From Octopus sinensis (lineage: Eukaryota): a stretch of DNA of 64,000 nt. The stretch's first letter is position 1. The number at the start of each line of letters is the position of its first letter. The position numbers and the translations under genes are program-made. The notes beneath the pieces were generated by a model, which saw only the letters and a list, made by a program, of their open reading frames with translations, searched no databases and was not told the origin of the DNA. Location: positions 23,498,001 through 23,562,000 of the forward strand of contig NC_043007.1 of NCBI RefSeq assembly GCF_006345805.1, in the 5' to 3' direction. Shown here piece after piece: positions 53,716 to 64,000 of this stretch.

Positions 53716-53902
53716 ATTGTCGGATATAGATGAACTTGCGTCAACCGAGAATCGGAACCTAATTTCGTCCTTTACACGACAAACAATCTTGCCTTTCGGC
53801 TACTATAATATTTTGATTGTGTATCCGTATCAATGCAATATGTAATTATTTCTGTATGTCCTTGTATGTTTGTATAACACTTGTCGTAGAAGTAGTTTTG
53901 AA

Positions 53903-53947
<45 letters not shown>

Positions 53948-54204
53948 GAATGTATGTATGTATATATACATATATATAATATATATATATATACATATAT
54001 ACACATATATATGCATATATATGTATGTGTATATATATATATATACATACATATATATACACATATATATGCATATATATGTATATATATGTATATATGT
54101 ATATATTTATGTATATGTATGTGTGTGTGTATATACATATATTATATATATATAATATATATATACAAACACACATATATATGTATTAAAGATATAGATT
54201 ATAT

Positions 54205-54329
<125 letters not shown>

Positions 54330-55782
54330 ACATACATATATATATGTATTAATAGATATAGATATATACACATACATACATATATATATATTAATTAAAA
54401 TCAGTCGCTAACAATGAGCTGTTTCATTTTAAGTTCTTCTGCCTTGCATTTCATAAGTTTCTCTCTTCGCGTTTACAAAAACATATCTCCGGTTTTTGTT
54501 GTTGTTTTCTTTTCGTTCGGTTTTTTTTTTCCTTGTCTTGTTTTTAAATTTGTAATTTTTTCCACTTTTTACTGAGAAACAACTATATCCCTGTAGTTAT
54601 TCCTTTACAAAATAATACAACGTAGGTATTTTCTTTAAAACAATTACAGCGCAGATATAAATATAGAATCAGGTCTCTAGTGTTTTTCTTTAATAAAATA
54701 GCATGAAATTAGATAACTTCCAGGACAGGAAATATAATTTATGTGAAGAATTTTTGGTTAACGTTCGCTTCGTTTACTTTGAAGTTTAAATAAATTAACT
54801 AATAAAGGTATCTCGCTCTGTTTTAAAATTTTATACAAGATAGGAGTTATACAATATTTGTATTATACGTATGTGTATGTGTGTAATGTATTTATGTGTG
54901 TGTATGCATGTTATAAGTGAAGGCGAAAATAACACAGAAGACAAAATACAAGCAAGGCGTAGTAATTAGTTTAACGCGCAATCGAAGATGAAGAAAGTGT
55001 AAGTGTCTTTGACATTTCGAGCATAAGCTCTTCTTCAAACGGTGAGACAGATAGAAGGAAGTGTAAGAGGAAAGAACAAAGAGCCAAAAAAAGTGAATGT
55101 TGTTTATGTCAAATGATGCTTACACACACAACGTAACCGCACACACATCCATATATATAATATATATATATATATGATATATATATATATATATATATAT
55201 ATACATTACCATAATATATAGTATATATATATTATATATATATATATATATACAGCTATCCCAGGGTTTGCACGAGTTGACTTTAGTACAGCACTTTTTT
55301 TTTACTTTACAAATACAAAATTACTAGTTTGTATTTCCGTTTCGGTTTTTCGTTCTCTCTTTCATGTCTTTTCATTTCATTTCCTCGAAACTGAGGTAGA
55401 TCTCATCATAAACTAACGCTTAATTTTAACTTTTCCTAAATATTTTGATAAAATCTTCAGAGTTTCAATAATAGCTCACAGTGTAAAGAAAGTCAGTTTC
55501 TCTTAGAAGTGTTAATTAATATATTAAATCAACTTGAAAATGGAAAGAGAAAAGTGAACAGACACTACCAGACAGTTTCAAACAGCCAAACGTTAGAACG
55601 ACTAGAAGATACGAAGCAAAAGTTTGAAATCAATTTAATTACTTCAATAACTTTACGGCACACACCATATAAATGTAACAACATTACGACAACAATACGA
55701 AACACCTATTATCTTGGGGTGTAGATAAAACACAATAGTACGACAGTACCCACATATATATGTGTATGTGTGTATGCATATA

Positions 55783-55830
<48 letters not shown>

Positions 55831-55888
55831 TATATATATATTATATATATATTATAATATATATAAACATATATATATATAAACATAT

Positions 55889-55922
<34 letters not shown>

Positions 55923-55969
55923 ATATATATATATATATATTATAATATATATATATATATATATATAAT

Positions 55970-56207
55970 TATCACGTGATCACGTAACCGACCAGTCCAT
56001 CAGATGTAGTTACACATCGCTGGTCACAATGCGTTCGCATTGTTTTAGCCTTCGAATGACGCCACCCCCCCCCGCTGGCTAAGCGAGCAGACCAACAAAG
56101 AAAGGCCAGCGGGGGCGTCATTCGAAGGCTAAAACAATGCGAACGCATTGTGACCAGCGATGTGTAACTACATCTGATGGACTGGTCGGTTACGTGATCA
56201 CGTGATA
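55970..56207. repeat. Perfect 94-bp inverted repeat made of two SINE tails, in (TA)n
   Basis: 55970-56063 is the exact reverse complement of 56114-56207. Confidence 0.95.
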
Positions 56208-56649
56208 TATATATGTGTGTGTGTGTGTGTGTGTATTTATTTATATATATGTATGTGTATATACGTATGTATATAAGCACTGATACTAATGCACTTACAC
56301 GAAAATCGTATTTATCTTCACCTTTTCAAAAACTAATTAAATTATTTTTATTTTTATGTATGTATATATTTATTTACTAATAATATCCTGAAACAATATT
56401 TCGGTTGTTTTATACGATTTCTGTTTACTAGGTGACTCGTTCTATCGAGTAAGATGAGGTGTATGTATATAAATATGTATATATATATATGAATATGCGT
56501 ATAAATTTGTACGTATGTATATATATATACATATATATATATATTCATATATATATGTATATATATGTGTGGTGTGTATGTACACATACATACATACATG
56601 TATACATATATGCATACATACATATAAGCGTACTTGCATGGATACATAC

Positions 56650-57570
56650 GAAGTTATATAAAAATAGTAAAAGCAATCATCTTGTTAAACTGGCATAAGT
56701 CGTTCACATTGCATAATGATCAAGGTAATTTCCATCACAAGCGATGCATTTTCGCCATTGGTGACCCTTACTCTAAAATCCTCATTGAAAGAAATCAGGT
56801 GTTCACTGTTGTTTCTTCCCAGCTGCTTTCACCTCGTCTGTGTCATTAATTCATTGTTCCCGAAGCCTGTTCTTCATTAGAGGTGAACAGGTGGCAATCG
56901 GGGGGACCAGATGCATGTGGACTGTAAGATAGATGGGGGAACCCCTGACCAGCCTAGTTTTTCGATTAACTGGTTTATTTTCAAAGATGTGTGCGATCGT
57001 GCGTTATTATAGGGAATGTAGATGGTTTTCAGATTACTGTTCGGTCTCTTCCTCTTAACGGTTTCTCTAAGCTTTTTCACTCGTTTATCACGATACAGCC
57101 ACGTTCAAGAAACTCAATTTGACTAATGACCTTCTTTTCCCAAAAGATTGGTCACCATGGATTTGTGTGCTGGTCGATGGGTCTAGAACTTCTCGGGCCC
57201 TGGAAAAGTGGTGTGACGCGATTTCATGAACTGATCGTAAAGTTTTGCCCATATTTCATTCTCTGTCATCAGACCGGGTAGAAAACGTGTCTTTCTTGGC
57301 TTCAAATATTTCCAACAGATCAGAGCAGACATCCACCCTTTTCTCCTTCAATTTGGGTATCAACCGCTGAGATACTCACACTTTCTTTACACACACATTT
57401 TCATACCCCAAATCTTCCTCCATCTTGTGTAATCCATTGTGACCAGAACCGAGTAGTGCAGCTACAACACTTTTTATATATCCTACGATTCTTCTGTCGT
57501 ATCATTTCTACGCCGGTGACTTCCCTCTTCTCTGTGGATGTTGTTTTCATCAAGAGATTGCACATGAAAT
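56650..57570 (-). pseudogene. Decayed mariner transposase (most of the DDD domain)
   Basis: Minus-strand remnants LGYENVC..., KRVDVCSDLLE.FEA, NNARSHTSL (HDNARPH) and WRKCI..DGNY, with many stops. Confidence 0.8.
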
Positions 57571-57827
57571 ACAAACAAAGGCATGCCGAGTGACGTGTTC
57601 TCGATGGATTGTTTGCTGTGTCCCTTCTTCAACATACATATATACATATACGCATGTGACTATGAATATACACATACACTCACGCACGCCCAAACACAGT
57701 GCTTGCGTGTACGCACGTATATTATGTATATATGCATGTGTATACGTATATATATATATATATATATATACATATATATTTATATATATGTGTGTGTCTG
57801 TGCGTGTGTTTCTATCTTTCTAGCTAT

Positions 57828-58103
<276 letters not shown>

Positions 58104-58584
58104 AGAGAGTGAAAGAGAGAGAGAGACGTGTGTATGCATACATGTATGTTAAGAGAGAAAAAGAGAGATTATGTTAAATATTAATCATCAAGAATACCAA
58201 GAAATTCATTGCTGATTGCTTAATGCCGCCAAAAATTTCTTATAATTCAGTGTGTTAGCATTAGGTTTAACCAGACAAAAATCGGTTTATTTTAATTAAC
58301 TGCGGTTTGATTTGGAACCACAAGACAACAGTAGGTCAAGGCTACAGCCTCCTTCTACGTCATTCTTTAAACCCGTTTCATTTCTCCATCCATTTGTTAA
58401 CGTTTTACCATTTCCATTTCCCCACCTCCTCTTCTCTAATTAGAGCTGGGTGCACGGGTAGGGACAGAATTAACTCTTTAAATTAGTTAACTAATGATAT
58501 AACACACTTCACACCTCGAAGTTTTTAATATTTTATTCTCTATGTAAAAGCTTTGTTCTTACGAACTAACACGCAAGAATCTAC

Positions 58585-59625
58585 GTGTATGCTTACATGT
58601 GTATGTGTATATGTGTAAGTGTGTATGTATATGTGTGTGCGTATATGTATATGTGTGTGAGTGCGTGTGCATTTATATGTGTGTACATGTATATGTGTGT
58701 GCGTGCGTATATGTATATGTGTGTGAGTGCGTGTGCATTTATATATGTGTGTATGTATATGTGTGTGCGTGCGTATATGTATATGTGTGTGAGTGCGTGT
58801 GCATTTATATGTGTGTGTATGTATATGTGTGTGCGTGCGTATATGTATATGTGTGTGAGTGCGTGTGCATTTATATGTGTGTGTATGTATATGTGTGTGC
58901 GTTCGTATATGTATATGTGTGTGAGTGCGTGTGCGTTTATATATGTGTGTATGTATATGTGTGTATGTATATGTGTGTGCGTTCGTATATGTATATGTGT
59001 GTGAGTGCGTGTGCATTTATATGTGGTATTTGTATAGTTGTGCGTGGACGTATATGTATATGTGTGTGAGTGCGTGTGCATGTATATGTGTGTGTATGTA
59101 TATGTGTGTGCGTGCGTGCGTATATGTATATGTGTGTGAGTGCGTGTGCATTTATATATGTGTGTATGTATATGTGTGTGCGTACGTATATGTATATGTG
59201 TGTGAGTGCGTGTGCATGTATATGTGCGTGCATGTGTGTATGTGTGCGTGCGTATATGTATATGTGTGTGAGTGCGTGTGCATGTATATGTGCGTGCACG
59301 TGTGTATGTGTGCGTGCGTATATGTATATGTGTGTGAGTGCGTGTACATTTATATGTGTGTATGTATATGTGTGTGCGTGCGTGTGCATGTATATGTGCG
59401 TGCATGTGTGTATGTGTGCGTGCGTATATGTATATGTGTGTGAGTGCGTGTACATTTATATGTGTGTGTATGTATATGTGTGTGAGTGCGTGTACATTTA
59501 TATGTGTGTGTGTGTATATGTGTGTGAGTGCGTGTGCATGTATATGTGCGTGCATGTGTGTATGTGTGATTGTGTGTATGTATATGTGTGTGAGTGCGTG
59601 TGCGTGCATGTGTGTATGTGTGCTT
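58585..59625. repeat. 66-bp higher-order minisatellite built from alternating purine-pyrimidine
   Basis: Marker gagtgcgtgt at 58659, 58725, 58791, 58857 and 58923, and again at 59138, 59204, 59270 and 59336 (66-bp steps). Confidence 0.9.
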
Positions 59626-59711
59626 GTGTGTACATACATATACGTATATATATATATATATATATGCTATATACAGTTATCCCTATAATATCGATGATAT
59701 TTGTCTTGCAG

Positions 59712-59801
59712 GCAATGAAGATCCATATTAGTGAGAGTACAATGAAGGCTGTGCCGCCAAACATGTTTGATGTGATGGAAAGAGGAGAAATTGACGTGAA
59801 A
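59712..59801 (+). CDS. Gyc88E: Gyc88E-like sGC exon (cyclase C-terminal part), AMKIHISESTMKAVPPNMFDVMERGEIDVK
   Basis: IHISEST...ERGEIDVK motif. Acceptor ttgtcttgcag, donor AAA|GTAAGT, 90 nt. The next exon should start GKG and was not found before 64000. Confidence 0.93.
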
Positions 59802-59859
59802 GTAAGTATAGACGCCAGGGCGAACTGGTATTTTGTTACAGTAATGCGTTTCAGTGTAG

Positions 59860-60150
59860 AGTCCGGAGCGGATCGGAAACCGGTCCGCACAACTACTTTA
59901 GCGATATTACTGAGCTCATCATTATCTCCATTCAAATGAATTTTAAGTGAAAATGAAAACCATATTTGTAATTTGAGAAACGGTAGAACCGTTCCTTGCT
60001 CAGGTGAAGCATCGGAAATGAACGAAACCATAAATCCTCTGCTCACTGCTGCCATCTTTGACGTCACCTCGCTAATGATTCAAAATGGACGCTTAGCCAA
60101 CGCTTTTCCTCATGAAAAATGCACCTTCGATCGACGCAGATGAAGTTTTT
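59860..60150. promoter_or_regulatory. Candidate intronic regulatory island (CRE plus YY1-like motifs, CpG-rich)
   Basis: TGACGTCA at 60059-60066 overlaps GCCATCTT at 60051-60058; CAAAATGG at 60081-60088; several CGGAA/CCGG; non-repetitive and CpG-rich. Motif evidence only. Confidence 0.35.
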
Positions 60151-61740
60151 AACGAACGCCAGCACACTTTTACTATATTCTCTCTCCTTCCATATCATAT
60201 GACTGTGAGTTATTTAGAGTTTCTTTTTTTTTGTTTTTTTTTTTTATTTTATGGAAAATTCATCCTATGAATCATGCTATATCTGGTTCAATCTCTGGGT
60301 GAATTATACTACTGTATCTATATATATATTTTTTGTTTTAGTTTTTCTTTCTTTACTGAAACGATAGTTACATCTACTTGTAAGTTTATTAATCGTCGTG
60401 TTTGGTTTTAGTCACTGCAAAAAAACGATTGCTTATTGTAAAATTATTTTCATAGATTGGCTTATGCCCACGAATGTTAGGAGACGGTGTGTAGTTACTT
60501 AAAACAACACTAGTATTTGACTGGTACTGGTAATGGAATATATTTTATTGACCCTGGAGGAATCAAGGACCAAGTCGACTTTGAAGAAGCAAGATTTAGC
60601 TAGAGAACTGACGAGAGACCTTAGAAAAATACGAGAGAATGTTATATCAACTTTCATAAATAATAAAAACTGCTAAAGACAACAAAATCTCCGTCCAAGA
60701 GAATGACATGTTGATACTGAGACCTATACAGTGGAGTTACAGAAAATTATCATCACATTGCATTCTGCAGGAAGCCTTTGTCAAAGCCAGAAGTGGTTAA
60801 TTATTCGCCCGCATTCATAATCGAAACCGTCCATCTGTTAAGTTTCTAAAATCCCATATCAAAAACTAGAGCAGTTTAAGTCTTAAGACCAAAACAATCT
60901 TTAAGTTGCATACTACGGAACTTATAAGGTTAAAGATACATTACTTTATTATATTTGTCTCAGCACGGATATGCCTGCACATGTCCTAACTCACTTGCAG
61001 TTTATCCTTAATACTAAAATGGTTCGTCGCCTCGAATCTAAACCTTAACATCTGAGATTTGTTAGCCAACTATGTATCATACTTAATGTAAATACACTGT
61101 CAGTAGATCAGTTACTGCAGTCTTTGTCGTGAGATAACAACTATTATGGACAGGTTGTGTTTAAAAAAATGATAAATATCAGAAAGAGACGAAAATTCAT
61201 CCCAGCAGGGGTTAGCGAGAGCGCCAGATGCCTTTCGGTTTCTTGGGCCTTAAATCTCAAAATTTTAATTAATAATGGCATCAGTAGATTTGGTGGAGGA
61301 GTAAGAATCAACTTAATTAATGCCGGTATATTATTGTTTATTTTAACCACCCCAGAAAGGACCAAAAAAAAACTAAGATAATTTCCGACAAGCAGTAAAT
61401 TTATAACCTAAATCATATTAACAGGAATTTTGTCCAGCACTCTACTGATTGCGCCACCCAAAGCTCTTTATTTCACTAATCAAAATTTTCGAACATAGAA
61501 ACATATTCACAAGGTCAAAGGATTTGATTGGGGGCAACTAGTTGATCTTAATCAGATGTATCACGCCTCACCACCACCACCACCATCTCTGCATTCAGTG
61601 CATTAATGGAGTTTAATTTATTCATCCTAATAGTTAAGGACAATGCAATGTTAATGAGACCAAATCGAAACACGTGCGCGTAAATTGTCTTTTTTCTCTG
61701 AAGCATTTATGTATTATACCGAGAGCTTTTCCTTAATATA

Positions 61741-61796
<56 letters not shown>

Positions 61797-62089
61797 CGTC
61801 CGTGTATAATATATATATTGTATGTATATGTGTGTGTGTGTGTGCGCGTAAATGTATATTTTATATAGTTATGTAATATAATGACAATTTTATACTTGTA
61901 CGTATAGATGTCTGCATGTGAGTGTATATATATGTATCTGTATGTACATATACACACACATACACATATAGATACAGATACATATCTCTATCTTTCACCA
62001 TATGTATGCCTCTGTATGTATATATATATATATATATATAAGAGGAAAAAATCTATCAGAAAGGAACTCTATCTCTCTTAAAAAAATTT

Positions 62090-62340
62090 CTTTTGATAAG
62101 CATAACAAATGCGCAACGGTAAAAAGAACTTTCACCTAATTAAATTACTTAAATTACTTAAATTATTTTGTCAGCATTTTCTTCATTTCCTTTTATATTA
62201 ATATATATATATATATCATATATATATAAAAGGAATGAAGAAAATGCTGACAAATAATTTAAGTAATTTAAGTAATTTAATTAGGTGAAAGTTCTTTTTA
62301 CTGTTGCGCATTGTTATGCTTTTGTTATGCTTATCAAAAG
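62090..62340. repeat. About 110-bp inverted repeat around a (TA)n spacer
   Basis: 62090-62198 versus 62224-62340, with a few indels. A single-orientation copy lies at 45190-45335. Confidence 0.88.
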
Positions 62341-62967
62341 ACTTTACCTTTCATCCTTTCGGAGGTCGATAAAATAAGTAACAGTTGAGCACTGGGGTCG
62401 ATGTAATCGACTCATCCACCCCCGCCCCCATATACGTATATGAGTGTGTGCATGTGTGTGTATGCGTATGTATGTGTATATGTATTTATGTCCGTGTGTG
62501 TGCGCGCAGGTGCGTTTGAGGGAAAATGAAGTGGGAAGCTGAGCATTAAACAGTAATTCTGAATCGTTCAATAAGTGACGAGAGAAAATTCTCGTGTTGA
62601 TCTCCGATTCTGTTTGTTTCATATTTTATAATGTACCCGGAACAACCTTTATATCCAAAGCGATAATTAGAAGCTTTCTATATTTTACAACGTAGCCAGA
62701 GCATCGTTATAATAAGTGCAAGCATGTATGTGGTCACTCAGTCTTCGAGAAATACCAGCCAAATCTGTTATAAATTACAATGCATTTATTTGATCAACCG
62801 GGAAACTTTGGATAAGGTAGTTGTAGATATGCAATATCTGAGATCATGACAGAATCGTCCTACCTGGAACACTACTGATCACCGTGTGGGGTGGGGTTTG
62901 TGTGTACGCATGTGGATATATGTATACTATATATACAAGCTTATATATATATACAAGCTTATATAAG

Positions 62968-63325
62968 AGGCGGCGAGCTGGCAGAAACGATAGCGCGCCG
63001 GGCGAAATGCTTACCGGTATTTCGTCTGCCGTTACGTTCTGAGTTCAAATTCCGCCGAGGTCGACTTTGCCTTTCATCCTTTCGGGGTCGATAAATTAAG
63101 TACCAGTTAGACACTGGGGTCGATATAATCGACGATTCTAACAGCTTCCCGCCTTAATTATAATTATTTTTATTATGATTATTATTATTATTTCAATTTT
63201 TTGCCACAAGAGCAGCTTGGGGGCGGGGGTAGATGAGTCGATTACATCGACCCCAGTGCTCAACTGTTACTTATTTTATCGACCTCCGAAAGGATGAAAG
63301 GTAAAGTCGACCTCGGCAAAAGTTG
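62968..63325. mobile_element. SINE family A copies in opposite orientation (62968-63135 plus, 63200-63325 minus)
   Basis: The core motif appears on both strands, about 70 nt apart. Confidence 0.8.
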
Positions 63326-63328
63326 AGC

Positions 63329-63370
<42 letters not shown>

Positions 63371-63534
63371 TGATAATATCGAGTGAACGATATTTCGAAA
63401 TCTTGTCTATCTTCAACAGGTTCAAAAAATAATTTTGTCAATCTACTTCATTTTGGTTATTTTATAAAGGATTGAGGTAACTCTTCCAGAAGGTATAGAG
63501 TCAAAATTAAAAGAGTGCCATTCTTATCTTGTGT

Positions 63535-63587
<53 letters not shown>

Positions 63588-63595
63588 GAGTGAGA

Positions 63596-64000
63596 GAGCA
63601 GTTCATGCCATCAAAGTGACACTGGGGTAAAATATACGAAGCCCAATATACCCATCATGACTACCCGTCTGCTAAAGGTACACCAAGCACACGCATCACA
63701 ACCATATGTGCGCGACATGGTGATCTCATATCAAGATAAACAGCACATGACCTTGCAGGTGGGGCCCAGTTAGAATTTTCTTCTTCAGGTTGAGTAGCCC
63801 ATCCCGCTCAAACGGTCCCTGAATAAGGGTTGTTTAAGGATGTTGAGAAACCACCCATGTTTCCAGAGGTGAACTATTCAACCCCAAACAATCCCTCTCA
63901 ACACATGGCTATGATGCTCCCCCACTACTTCTGCTCGTGATCAGAGATGCACATATTGTCAGCCACTAAGGGACATGCTCAACTGGTTATGGTCAAACAA
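63596..64000. mobile_element. Dispersed repeat (probable retroposon end next to (TTA)n), running off the window
   Basis: Homologous to 28560-28900 and abuts a (TTA)n tract. Confidence 0.65.

Noticed and set aside
58593-59639. 348-aa and 289-aa ORFs rich in H/T/Y/I or C/V/M
   Set aside because: Translation of the 66-bp RY satellite. Only 59712-59801 of the + strand ORF is a real exon.
60004-60143. AG followed by a 46-codon open frame after the last exon
   Set aside because: In the required phase 0 it stops after five codons and lacks GKG..TYW.
63420-63480. Acceptor-like cttcaacag as the possible next exon
   Set aside because: The translation does not give GKG.M.TYW and stops quickly.

Overview
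AT-rich, microsatellite-saturated animal DNA. The SINE/LINE complement and repeat style point to an octopod cephalopod (inference, not verified). The only host gene I can support is a + strand atypical soluble guanylyl cyclase of the Gyc88E type. Eight GT-AG exons (26604-59801) splice in frame to 981 nt / 327 aa, covering the end of the PAS (HNOBA) region, the coiled coil and most of the cyclase domain. The H-NOX exons and the final GKG..TYW exon were not found, so they probably lie outside the window or in the N gap at 26074-26173. The rest is intron: several tRNA-derived SINE families, RTE and CR1-like LINE ends, decayed Tc1/mariner transposases, a Tigger-like MITE, Helitron-like elements, Penelope-like remnants and satellites. 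Almost all ORFs in the supplied track are microsatellite or repeat artefacts. Most notable non-genic signals: (1) head-less 184-bp SINE multimers with one invariant, self-complementary junction at six separate loci; (2) three long fold-back hairpins, one a perfect 94-bp stem; (3) inverted SINE pairs bracketing exons; (4) hammerhead-like cores; (5) a 66-bp purine-pyrimidine higher-order satellite; (6) a CRE/YY1 motif island. No previously undescribed protein-coding system is evident.
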